Below are positions 1-12,100 of a DNA stretch of 64,000 nt, one piece after another. A program made the position numbers and the translations under genes. The stretch is from the human T2T-CHM13v2.0 reference genome, Homo sapiens: the NCBI RefSeq assembly GCF_009914755.1, contig NC_060934.1; one strand, given 5' to 3'. A model generated the notes under the pieces. The model saw nothing but the letters and a program-made list of their open reading frames with translations. It ran no database searches and was not told the DNA's origin. The first letter of the stretch is position 1, and each line of letters starts with the position of its first letter.

Positions 1-858
1 ATTTATTGGTAAGTAGTTTGTTCCTAGCAACATAGTTTAGTGTTTTTCCTAGTTAACATTTAATACTGACTCAAACATTATCAAGAGGAAGCAAAAGTTA
101 CAGCCATAGTAAATAAGCTCATGGTTTTCTATGTAGGGCTCTCTAGATTTTATCTTCTTTCTTTTGTTTTGAAATAGAAGACTTCTTTTATATTTACATA
201 TTTACCCAGTAGAATGAACTGAGATTTGGTGAAGTCCTGGATGTAGACTCAGAAGACTGGGAGAAAATCCTACAACTTGTTTATATTTTTAATCTTTTCC
301 TTTCAGAATTGTGATAACTAAAAGTGCTTGTTACAATGTCTCAACTTATCAAACATTCATAAATATAATTCTTAAAATTAACTATATTTTTTAAAAAGAT
401 AGAATATCTAGAGAATATTATCAGGAAAAAGGAACTGAAAGAGCTCTGGGAAATTTTATCTGTCTAAATATATGCAGCACTAAGATTCTTAGTATATGTT
501 AGACATCAGAGTGTAAACCCAATTTTCGTATGTAGTCAAATTGATTTATCTTTTATTTTATGCTTTTGAGCTTGTTGTAATTCAGGGAAAGTTTTTTTTT
601 TCAATTCCGAGGTTCTTAAAAACTCTCTAGTCATTTCTTTTGTACTTTCATGAATTCGTTGTCTTCAAATAAATGTTTGAACTTTGGGGAATTTATGCTC
701 TATAGCATTTAAAGTTTTGATTCAGTGGTTCTTCAACTGATACCTACTTATAAAAACCCTTTCATTGTATAAATGTACAAGTTATTCTTTAGTTTCAGAG
801 GAACCATGATATGCCATTTTATTGAGTGCTAGCTAAAAGTTTATTTTGTTTTATTTAG

Positions 859-1776
859 GTTTCTCACACTCATGAAAATGAAAATTATCTCTTACATGAA
901 AATTGCATGTTGAAAAAGGAAATTGCCATGCTAAAACTGGAAATAGCCACACTGAAACACCAATACCAGGAAAAGGAAAATAAATACTTTGAGGACATTA
1001 AGATTTTAAAAGAAAAGAATGCTGAACTTCAGATGACCCTAAAACTGAAAGAGGAATCATTAACTAAAAGGGCATCTCAATATAGTGGGCAGCTTAAAGT
1101 TCTGATAGCTGAGAACACAATGCTCACTTCTAAATTGAAGGAAAAACAAGACAAAGAAATACTAGAGGCAGAAATTGAATCACACCATCCTAGACTGGCT
1201 TCTGCTGTACAAGACCATGATCAAATTGTGACATCAAGAAAAAGTCAAGAACCTGCTTTCCACATTGCAGGAGATGCTTGTTTGCAAAGAAAAATGAATG
1301 TTGATGTGAGTAGTACGATATATAACAATGAGGTGCTCCATCAACCACTTTCTGAAGCTCAAAGGAAATCCAAAAGCCTAAAAATTAATCTCAATTATGC
1401 CGGAGATGCTCTAAGAGAAAATACATTGGTTTCAGAACATGCACAAAGAGACCAACGTGAAACACAGTGTCAAATGAAGGAAGCTGAACACATGTATCAA
1501 AACGAACAAGATAATGTGAACAAACACACTGAACAGCAGGAGTCTCTAGATCAGAAATTATTTCAACTACAAAGCAAAAATATGTGGCTTCAACAGCAAT
1601 TAGTTCATGCACATAAGAAAGCTGACAACAAAAGCAAGATAACAATTGATATTCATTTTCTTGAGAGGAAAATGCAACATCATCTCCTAAAAGAGAAAAA
1701 TGAGGAGATATTTAATTACAATAACCATTTAAAAAACCGTATATATCAATATGAAAAAGAGAAAGCAGAAACAGAA
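859..1776 (+). CDS. ANKRD30A: Large internal coiled-coil exon of ANKRD30A (NY-BR-1), ANKRD26/CCDC144-like coiled-coil region; 306 codons, phase 0-0
   Basis: Acceptor ttatttag|GTT at 859 and donor GAA|gtaagt at 1777. Open frame VSHTHENENYLLHENCMLKKEIAMLKLE...IYQYEKEKAETE matches the recalled NY-BR-1 C-terminal region and contains most of ORF 907-1857. Confidence 0.92.
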
Positions 1777-1863
1777 GTAAGTATCAAAAAATATAAATAC
1801 TTGTCAAACTTCCTGAAAGAAAGTTTAAAGTCATATTTGGCCTTGGCTAAATGCTGAATCTAG

Positions 1864-1867
<4 letters not shown>

Positions 1868-1895
<28 letters not shown>
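1868..1895. repeat. (AT)n microsatellite
   Basis: Direct read. Confidence 0.95.
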
Positions 1896-1902
<7 letters not shown>

Positions 1903-3191
1903 GTATGTATAAATAGATGATAAATGCACTTACTATATCAGCTTAGAAACATGCCTCATTTCCACCAAATGAAAGTTAAAGCTGAGAGACGTTTTACTTT
2001 GAGTAAAGACATTGTGTCACTGATGAAATTTTAAGAGTTTAAGATTTTTAATAGATTAACATTAATGACATTGGCTTTTACTGTTGAAATAAAGGTTTTA
2101 ATGTCTCTTTGTGGCCACATTTTATGACCACAATGAAGCAGATGAATGGGAATGCCCGTATCAGCAATTAGTATTTTGAAATTAAGATTCAATTTAGCAA
2201 TTTACTTTGACAGTTAATTCTAAATTTTCCAGAGGAACTGAAGTGTATTTGAAGTATACATTTCTGCGTCTTGTAATAATACTTTTTTTCAGTAGCTTTT
2301 TATGTATTTTAGTTGATAGAATTTTATTTTCATTTATGTCAATTTGACTTAAATCTGAACATATTTGAATCTCAAATTATGTATTGTTATAACCTCAATT
2401 TTTTAAAGGCATCTGTGTTTTATTAAATAATACCTTAGGACAAATGTAGTGAATTTTAGCAATATCAAATTTGATTTAATCACCCCACTGGTATTTATAA
2501 TTTATTTTGAATATTGTTACAAATAATTTGCTCATAATTTCTATTTGAAGGCTCAAAGATTATCATGTCCCAGAGAAAGATCATTGTAGCTCTCTGTGAT
2601 TTATTAGCTTTGCATTGGGTCCCCATTTTACAATTCATGAGGGGTGGCAGGGTTCATGTATAGTACAAAAGAAGTGAGTAGAGAAGAGAAACACAGCAGC
2701 TGAGGTCAGGAGGGATGCAGAGACCAGGTTACCTAAGGCCTCTAAAGCCTTTGAAATAAAAATACTTTTATTCTGAGATAGAAATCTATTGGAAAAATTT
2801 CAGCATGTGATTGAATATGTGAGGAACTTTGATGTTGATTTGTGCTTCTAATACAGAAGAAGGAGAAAGCATTCCACTGTGTAGAATTTACCACCATTAG
2901 TCCTTCCCACATTTTTTTTTTTTTTTTTTGAGACTTCAGTAGGTTGTGAAGCATTACAGATTCATTAGGGGACAAATGACTAGTGGGATGAATCTGGTGT
3001 CTAGTAAGAGAGTACCAGTTTGGCAGGAAGATAACATCTTCTTGTCTCCTTAAGTGGATTCAGTAATAAGCAGCAATGGGTACAAATGAAGAAAATAAGC
3101 TGAATCAATATATTTGGGGATATTTTTGAAAGTAAATATTGTTAATTTGATAAGATGATTTACAAAATCAATAACAAACATGTCTTGTCAG

Positions 3192-3341
3192 GTCATTGTG
3201 AGACAACTTCAAAAAAACTTGGCTGATCTCAATAAACAGTGTGTGTCTGAGGCTTCACTAGAGGTTACATCACATTATCACATTAATCTCAAAGATGAGA
3301 TACAGGATTTAATGAAGAAATGATTTCAAATCAAAAGTCAA
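3192..3341 (+). pseudogene. Vestigial ANKRD26-type exon (150 nt) with in-frame TGA
   Basis: tcag|GTC ... CAA|gtatgc. Translates [49 protein letters not shown], versus ANKRD26 [51 protein letters not shown]. TGA at 3321-3323. Confidence 0.85.
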
Positions 3342-3954
3342 GTATGCATTAAATGTAACATGCCAACAGTGAATCTATAGCTGGTTAAATAATATAAATT
3401 GTTTTATGATACTAACTTCCATGGGAAGACTTCTTTTATATGTCATTATAGTTAGTTTTGTTACAATTTTATTATCTTTAAAATGTGCTTATTTTTAAAA
3501 CTGTGGCTGTCATTCTGTAATGTTTTTCTTATAATTACATATTTTTCTCATAATATTTACCCTTAAGAAGATTAAGAATTATACATTGTTTAGCCCACAG
3601 GTTGGGAGACTATTCTTCAGATAAACAGTGTTTTTCAGTGATTTATGTTACCATGGCGAGGCAAGCCATATTTAATCAGAGAAGAATGTATAATGGAATA
3701 TTCCAGAAAATTATCTTATTTCTTAGCTCCACTTTTGTGAGTGGATGCCAAGGACATTATACTGTTCTCCAAAATGGAGATGTTTAGGTTAATATACACA
3801 GTATTAGAATAGCTAGGCAATTCTTTTATTTTTTGTTTTTAATTATATTGTATAAACATAAACATTTAGATCATGTATAGTATGCATTCAAACATTCAAA
3901 ATAGAAAATAGAGGAAATTATCTTGATACTGCCATTGGATGTTTAAAAAGGAAC

Positions 3955-4445
3955 TTTATTGGGATAAAATTCACATATCATATAGTTCACACATTTAAAT
4001 TGTACAACTCAGCATCTCTTAATATATTCACAAAGTTGTATAACCATCACCACAGTCATTTTCAGAACATTTTCATCACCCTAAAGAGAAACTTCACATC
4101 TCTTAGTCATCACCACCGCCCACCTCCATGTTTCTTCACCTTCCCCAGTCCTAGGCAACCATCATCTAGTTTTTGTCTTTATAGATTTGCCTGTTCTGAA
4201 CATTTCATAGAAATGGAGTCATACAATTTGTGGTGTTTAATGAGTGGCTTCTCTTACTTAGCATAGTGTTTTTAAGTTTCATCTATTTTGTAGTACATAT
4301 CAGTACTTCATTTCTATTTATTGTCAAATAATATTCTATTGCATGGCTACAGCAGCTATTCATTCATCAGTTGATAGATGTTTAGGTTGCTTCTGCTTGT
4401 GGCCATTATGAATAACGCTGCTGTAAGCATTCACTTACAAGTTAT
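3955..4445 (-). mobile_element. Old L1M (L1MB-like) 3' fragment
   Basis: Antisense L1M 3'UTR motifs (ctaggcaacc, atggagtcatacaa, tcacttagcat-like, tcatcagttgatag); boundaries approximate. Confidence 0.7.
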
Positions 4446-5688
4446 TGTGTGGGCCTATATTTTTATTTCTCTGCCACTGGATTTTATATTTAGTTAATTG
4501 GGCCGATTTCCATATCTCTCTGCCTTCCTCATGCTGTTCCTCCATTTTCAGTTTTTGTTCATCTATCCTCATTCATTCAGACTTGGTGGACACATTTTCC
4601 ATTTTCATAAAGCTTTCTCTGACTGTTCTGACTCTCATTGACCTTATGCTTCAGGATGTGTTTTCTAGTTGGTGCAGAACAATTTAACTTTCAATTGTAC
4701 ATTGCTTTATTTTTTCATGAGACATAATCATGTCTTATTATAAATTTGCCTAAGCAGGGGATAATATCTGACATACATGCTACCTGTTATTGTGTAAATT
4801 GAAAATATTCTATCTTACCAGTTGTTACAATTAAATATATTATACTGATAATTTATTTTTTCAGACATTGACATAATAAAGTTTTATTTGAAATATATCT
4901 TAATCAATAAATATAAAACAGAAACCACTCTAATAGAGGACAATTGTTCTAGTCAATACTCATATTTGTTCTGACTATTGAGAAAAATTATGTCTGCATT
5001 TTAAAAGTTTCAAATTTTGAAGCTTCAGATTTTAGAATAGGGATTTTCAACCCACGGTACTGGGTCTCCTCAGTTTACAGTGGCATTACGTCTTGATAAA
5101 CCCATTATAAGTTGAGAATATTGAGAATGAGAAACATAGAAAACACATACACTTTATCTAAAGAAAAATGGTTAATAGAAAAAGAAAAAGAAAAAAAACC
5201 TATAAAAGAATGCTTACAGAGAATGAGCGTAGTTACCTTATCCTGAAGTTAGGTGAGAATCAGAAATGTTATGGGGAACAAATGAGAGCTTTCAAAAAAT
5301 TATCTTACTTAGATCTGAATGAACAAACCTGGAATATTGTGAACTATTGATGACAATGCTTTGAGGGCATCTTTGGAAACCAAAATGTAAATATAACTAA
5401 TTATTTTTTCACTTATTGTTAGCATTTAGTATTTTATGCATAAAAACTTTTTTACCAAATAAATTTTGGAAGTTTAAATTCCACAAATGATACTAATGAA
5501 AGTATAAATCATTTTGGGTTGTTTTTTAAAAAATTATGTTTCAATCTGTCATTATTGGAATAAAGTGTATAAACTGCATGTTATAAAACGGCTTTACACA
5601 TATATAACTCATGAACTCAAGAGAAATAATATTTTTAGGAAAGAAGAGTATCTCTAGATTTTTAATAATAATTAAATTTCTTTAAAAG

Positions 5689-5799
5689 ACTGAAGATAGA
5701 AAAGAGAAATTAAACATATGTATTGACTTAATGCAATCTCTGGAGGATAATTTGGATCAAGAAATAAAGAAAAAATGAATTAGGAAAAGAAATAACTGG
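5689..5799 (+). pseudogene. Vestigial ANKRD26-type exon (frameshifted)
   Basis: aag|ACT ... GG|gtaat. Reads TEDRKEKLNICIDLMQSLEDNLDQEIKK/ELGKEITG, versus ANKRD26 SEDEKEQLKKLMELKQSLECNLDQEMKKNVELEREITG. Confidence 0.75.
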
Positions 5800-6928
5800 G
5801 TAATATTTCAATATTTTAGAACTTTAAAAATATTAACTATAATTTCAATATATTTATTAAAACTGAGATACAAGTTTGACCTATATCTGCATTTTGATAA
5901 TTAAACAAATTATTCTATTTTAATGTTTTTTCAGAGTCACAGCACAAACTGAAACTTTTTTTGAATACCTAAATATCACACTTATTCTTTAATGATTTTG
6001 AAAACAATAATGACAATGCCTTTGGCATATAATGTCAACTGCTCTTTTCATTATCTACTTTGAATTTTTATTTCTGAAGATATTTTTGTTTGTATTTGGT
6101 AATCTTCTTCTTGGTAGTATGCATATCTGCTATTCTTTAATATCTAAAAATATGTCTTTGTTATTTTTAAACATCATCAAAAATTATCTTGATTAACGTT
6201 TCTTTTAGTCTCTTTGATTTTTTTTAGTTTTAAAATATATTATGGATATTTACTTATTTTCTACTGGTATCTCCCATGCATATGTGAGCTACATATATAT
6301 ATCACTAAACTTCTGTTGTTTTTGATACACACACACACACGTGTATATATACACATATATTATATGTATATACATATATATGTTATAATAAAAAATATGT
6401 ATGACCTAAAAAAGAGTAAATGAGTAATTGTGTTTTTGCCACTCAGATTAAAAATAGAACTTTCCTCAGTGCCTTTGAAGCCCCCAAGACGGCTGCTTTT
6501 CAATTTGCTGAGAACTTTAATTTGTTCTCTGATTCCAATTAATATTTTTCTCTCATTATCTTTCTCTGCATGGTTTTGGATGCCTTTCACTTTGTTAGCA
6601 CTGTGCTAGCAAAGATCTTTAGATCTCTTCCTACAACAGTCGTGAAGTCTTCACATGATCTCTCTTTTCATTTCTTTTCTTCTAAAACTGCCTGTTTCCT
6701 TTTCCCTCCTCAACTCAGAATGTTTTCTTTCTATTTTTCTACTTTGAATAATCTTTGTGATAATTTATGTGTGTGTGTTCTTTTCTTCTACAGACTGTGG
6801 TCAAAAGGTATAAAAAATGTATTGTGTCTTTTGCAAACATTCATATATAAATATGCTTTTCCCCTTTGATGCTGATCTCTGAGTAAAAATTCGTATTTAA
6901 TAATACGCTAGTGTTTTATATTAACATA

Positions 6929-6988
6929 TTAGGTTGATGCAAAAGTAATCATGGTTCAAAAACCATGATTACTTCTCCCCCAATGAAA
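6929..6988. mobile_element. MADE1 mariner-derived MITE (internally deleted)
   Basis: ta|TTAGGTTGATGCAAAAGTAAT terminal repeat, with the inverted arm ATTACTT. Confidence 0.75.
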
Positions 6989-7264
6989 TACTAAAATAAA
7001 TATTAATAGTTTATATATAAAAACTATATATATGGTTATAATATCAATCCTTTATCTGTCATATATGCTGTACATTTTTCTTCATATTACTTACATAAAG
7101 TTAAATTTTGTTAGAATGTTTTCAAACTATGTTACGTCGAAACCAATGAGAGAGGGTCATAATTTATTGACTTGTTTCTTTGTAGGTTAGAACATGTTTG
7201 TTTAAGAAATTATTAAATATTAGTCTGAAACATTTTGACTTAGTCATTGTGTACATTCCTGCAG

Positions 7265-7394
7265 ATATAAGAAGCTTTTAGAAATTACAGAAAAGAAGTT
7301 AAAGGAATGTTAAAATGGAAAGCTAAATTTCCATGGAGATTTTAAAACCAGTCTACTTGAAATGGATATTTAGATGAATAAGCTAACACATGAA
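7265..7394 (+). pseudogene. Vestigial ANKRD26-type exon (130 nt, two stops)
   Basis: ctgcag|A ... GAA|gtact. Reads YKKLLEITEKKLKEC*NGKLNFHGDFKTSLLEMDI*MNKLTHE, versus ANKRD26 FKNLLKMTRKKLNEYENGEFSFHGDLKTSQFEMDIQINKLKHK. Confidence 0.82.
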
Positions 7395-7669
7395 GTACTT
7401 TTTAACTAGTTTGAGGACCAAAAGAACTACCCACATACTTTGGGGAAGTAAAAATCTGTCAGTGCTTTGAGCAGTGAAAGAGATTTTTAAAAAAATTTTT
7501 TTGGGCTTGATTCTAATGGAAAGAATACATTTTTAATATGTTCTTTTTCTATAAGGCGGGCATACTGCTCATTCCATGTCTTGAACACTGGCCAATGATA
7601 CAAAAGCAAGCAGTACGCCATCCTATGATGACTTCAAGTCACTAGTATCAAATTGATTTTCTCGGTAAC

Positions 7670-9375
7670 AATTTTAGTGAGATATAATTAACATGCCATG
7701 CAATTCACTCTTTGCAGTAGCTTTTAGTATTTTCACAGAATTATACAATCGTCACCACAATCTATTCTAGAATATTTTTATCAGTCTAAAAAAAAATTCG
7801 GCATTCTTTGTCACCTACCAGTTTCCCATTCCTTGCTCAGTTCTAGGGAACCACCGATCTACTGTGTTTGTATATATTTGTCTGTTCTGGAAGCTTTATC
7901 TTGTTCAAATCACAGTACATGGCCTTTTGTGACTGGATTCTTTCACTTAGCATAACATTTTCTTTTTATTTATATATATATATATAATTTTACTTTAAGT
8001 TCTAGGGTACATGTGCACAACATGCAGGTTTGTTACATATGTATACATGTGCCATGTTGGTGTGCTGCACCCATTAACTCGTCATTTACATTAGGTATAT
8101 CTCCTAATGCTATCCCTCCCCCCTCCCCCCACCCCACAACAGGCCCCGGTGTGTGATGTTCCCCTTCCTGTGTATCCAAGTGTTCTCATTGTTCAGTTCC
8201 CACCTATGAGTGAGAACATGCGGCGTTTGGTTTTTTGTCCTTGCAATAGTTTGCTGAGAATGATGGTTTCCAGCTTCATCCATGGCAAATTGGATAAAGA
8301 GTCAAGACCCATCAGTGTGGAAACCCATCTCATATGCAGATGCTATAGCATAACATTTTCAAGGTCCTCTGTTGCAGCAAGTATCAGCACTTAATTTCTT
8401 CTTACTGCTGAGTATATTTCATTGTCTAGATACATCAAACATTTTATTTACCCACTCATCAGTTGATAGATCTTTAGGTTGTTTCCATTTTGGGCTAATA
8501 TTAATAGTGCTGCTATGAACTTTTAGGTATAAGTTTTTGTGTTTGCATATGTTTTCATGTCTCTTGGGTGTATACTTATGAGTGGAATTGCTGAGTCATA
8601 TGGTAGTCTATGTTTAACTTTTGGAGGAAATGCCAGTACATTTTCCAAAGCAGCTATACCATTTTTCATTAGCAGTATGAGGGTTCTAATTTCTCCACAT
8701 TTTTACCAGGAAAGATTCCATCCTAGTGGTGGGAAGTGGCACCCCTCTGTGGTTTTATTTGCATTCCCTAATGACTGATAATTTTAAGGATGTTTTAATT
8801 AAAACATGCATCTTAGCCATGTGTATATCTTCTTTGGAGAAATGTCTCTTTCCATCCTTTGCCCATTTTCTAATTGGGCCATCTTGTTTCTTTCTGAATG
8901 GTAAGTGTTCTTTATATATCCTAAATATAAATTTTCTATCAGAAATACAGTTATCAAATATTTTCTCCTACTCAGTGCTTGCCTTTTTACTTTACTGTTA
9001 GTATATTTTCAAGCATAGCAGTTTTAAATTCTAATGTTAATCCATATTTTGAGTTGTTATATCTAAGAAGCCACTGCCAAATGTAGTCACAAAGATTTAT
9101 TCCTGTCTTTTCTTTGAAGAAACTTATAGTTTTAGCTCTTAAATTTAGCTATTTTATTTTGAGATAATTTTTAAATACAGTATTTGGTGGGACTCCAACT
9201 TTTTTCTTTTGCATATGGATATCCATTTGTCCCAGAACCATTGGTTGAAAATACTATTCTTTTCCCATGTAGTCATTTTGTTATCCTTGCTGAAAATCAA
9301 TTGACCATACATGTGCAGGTCTGTTTTTGGATTCTAAATTCTAAAACATTGATCTCTCTATTCTTATGCCAGTAC
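7670..9375 (-). mobile_element. L1MB-like fragment interrupted by a younger L1PA
   Basis: Antisense L1M 3' motifs on both sides of the 7963-8345 insert; boundaries approximate. Confidence 0.7.
7963..8345 (-). mobile_element. 5'-truncated, 5'-inverted L1PA with 15-bp TSD
   Basis: L1PA 3'UTR antisense (actttaagttctagggtacatgtgcac...), then a sense ORF2-start piece at 8285-8345. TSD tagcataacattttc at 7948-7962 and 8346-8360. Confidence 0.9.
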
Positions 9376-10744
9376 CAAATCAACTTATATGAGAACTCTT
9401 TTTCAATCATGTTGCATATTACCAGTTATATATTATCATACATGATAAAAGTTCAGTATAGAGAAACATCTTTACTTTTTGTTTCTTGAAAGAGCCCATG
9501 GCCAGCTTATGCACTGCTGACTCCATGACTTGATGGGAAGTCAAGCTTACAAAGACAAGAGTCCATTCCTTTGTTTCTCTATTCAAACCTTTAGTCTCTC
9601 ATTGACTGCCTCTCTCTTGAGTCCCATTTCTATCAAATCTTGGTCACATCATCTGACAGTCTACTATTTCATGCATTAGGTTCTATTAACTCATTGTAAT
9701 TTGTACAATCATCTGTAGATGTTATCCATCCTGGGAAGAGAAGAGTCAGTCCAGACTGTAAGCTTTTCTTATTGGAAATGGAGCTAATTCATCATCTTGC
9801 AGTTCACAGGTAGATCCTCTTTTGACCTGGCACCTGATTCTTGTGTATAACACCTGGGATGATCTTTTCTTGGTACAGTTCCTGCATTCCCAGAAGTCAC
9901 CATTCTCTGTAATTACTTCCCTCTGCTTAAATAGGTCAAGATGCACAGCTATATTTTATAGCTTCATACATATTTTTTGGAATAAATATTTTATGCTATT
10001 CAAAGAAAAAGTTTCAGAAGTGCAGCACTAAAAAATCAGGTTATGTTTAGGCAATTTATAAGAGACAAATAATAGTGAAATTAGTTGTTTGAATTTCAAA
10101 ATATCAAAGCTAATTTTGTTGTATGATATGAAGAAGCATTGTGGTACAACATAAAGATTAAATGGTTAACTTCTTCATATAGACAAACTTGAAGTACAGT
10201 GAAGGAGAAATTGTATTTAATTTATTAACATTCAAACCCACTACATTTATTTTACTTCTGAGATGATTAAAAATGATTCTACAATGTTCTCTTTATTTTC
10301 TCATTGAAGAAAGGAAAATGAATAGTGAATGCCAGATTGATTAATAAATACTCAATACTGCTTAGCTTTCTGAAGATTTTACTTCTATGAAATCAGATAA
10401 CATCTGATTTTGATTGTTAAACCAAATATTTTTAATTTTCCAGCTGTTGCGCTTCACAACTTGCCTCTTTGCTTCCCTGTCTTACTGATTTCCTAACTTG
10501 AGGGGAAATCCTAAAGAAGCACACTTGCCTAGTAATAAGAATTTTTAATTAAAAGGAATTTTAGGAAATCTTTCTCCTCAGTAGCTCTTATGTCTGTCTG
10601 CTACTTTTCTACTGCTTCTCATTAGCATTGTTTGTCATGAATAAATTAATATCAACCTCTATTAGATTGTACTTTAAAGGTGACTAATTTCTACTGTGTA
10701 AGTTTTCTATTGTCATTTTTTAAATCAAATTTTCTTTTTATTGT

Positions 10745-11190
10745 TTCCTAACAATTGCCCACAATTTAGTGGGTTAAAACAACAACATTTGTTTTACTAA
10801 TTAATCTGCCATTTGGGAAAAGCTCGGCCAGGACAGCTTGTCACTGTTCCTCTTAACTTGCCTGGGGACAGCTCAAAGACTGGGAAACTACAGTAATCTG
10901 AAGGTTTGCTCAGCTATATGTCTTGTTGTTAATGCTGGCCATTGCCTAGAATGTTGGCTGTGGCAGGCAGCCAGATCACCTACATTGGAGCTTCTAGGCA
11001 TTCATAAATGGCACTTGCTTTGAAAAAAATGGAATATGGTAAGAGGTATACCGTGAGATTTGCAACATTAGTTTAGAAAAGGCTCTCTATCTCAAACTGC
11101 TTGCCCTTGGTACCCCCTTCTCCTGTTTTGAGTGAGGATGGTCAGGCCACATTCTATTCATTAGCAGTAAGTCACTAAGTTTGGCCCATG
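10745..11190 (-). mobile_element. MaLR LTR (MLT1-type)
   Basis: cacaatttagtgggttaaaacaacaac start and ccacattctattc...aagtcactaag motif; boundaries approximate. Confidence 0.55.
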
Positions 11191-11199
11191 TTATTATTT

Positions 11200-11870
11200 T
11201 TTTAATGAGATGAATTGTTTTATATTTTTAGTTGACATGTACATACACGTTTATGGGATGTAGAGTAACAATGATATCTCCTCTATATATGTATGCAATG
11301 TGTAATGCTCAAATCAAGATAACTAATATATTCAACACCTCAAACATTTATTATTTATTTCTGTTGGGAACATTTCCAATCCTCTCTTCTAGGTTTTGGA
11401 AGCATATCATAAATTATAGTTAACTGTATTCACTCTACAATGCCACAGAACACCAGAACTCATCCTCCTATCTAGTTATTAGCTATTATCAATTTAGTAA
11501 ACATTGCTGATAAGTATTTCAAGCTTCAGCTTCTTTTTCACGTATTTAAAATTGCTTTCTGAATCACTGACTTATAAGGAAACAAATATACAATAATTAT
11601 GCAGCTTATAATTACCTTAAAATGTACCCTTTTGATTTGTTTTCTTTTTAATTTTAATTTTTGTGGGTACACAGTAGGGTGTGTATATATATATCCATAT
11701 ATGTATGTATGGGTTACATGAGATATTTTAATACAGGCATCAGATGCATAATAATCACATTAGGGTAAATGGGGTATTCGTCACCTCAAGCTTTTATCCA
11801 ATGTGTTACAAACAAATTCATTTTACTCTTTTAGTTATTTTTAAATGTACAATTAAATTGTTTGTTACTG
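11200..11870 (-). mobile_element. Two L1MA/L1PB-type 3' end fragments
   Basis: Antisense L1 3' termini (e.g. gggttacatgagatattt...aataatcacattagggtaaatgggg); boundaries approximate. Confidence 0.6.
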
Positions 11871-11888
11871 TACTTTTAATTTGTTTAG

Positions 11889-12100
11889 ACACAAGCAGAA
11901 ACTCAAGAAAACCTATAGCACTTAAGAGAGCATGATATTGTTTCAATAAATAAGATGGAGGTGATAGTTAAAGATCTGCAATCTGAACTCTCCAAAATGA
12001 AAACTGTAGAAGACTTTAATAAAACAGAATCAGAAAAATATAAACACCTCTATTTAGAGGAATTAAAATTTAGGGATTTGTTGTCAAATGAACTAAACAA
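11889..12100 (+). pseudogene. Vestigial ANKRD26-type exon (212 nt, one stop; start of the DUF3496-like C-terminal region)
   Basis: tttag|ACA ... AA|gtcagt. Reads TQAETQENL*HLREHDIVSINKMEVIVKDLQSELSKMKTVEDFNKTESEKYKHLYLEELKFRDLLSNELN, versus ANKRD26 [72 protein letters not shown]. Confidence 0.85.

Noticed and set aside
907-1857. 316-aa ORF as a stand-alone gene
   Set aside because: It is an internal exon (859-1776) with flanking splice sites; the ATG at 907 is an internal Met.
4450-4700. Purine-rich minus-strand segment resembling a coding exon
   Set aside because: No sustained ORF or recognisable protein; more likely an ancient L1-related remnant.
10001-10045. Possible remnant of the ANKRD26 exon ending EKLKEVNLFLQ
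   Set aside because: Only EKVSEV plus CAG|gttat; too short and divergent to support.
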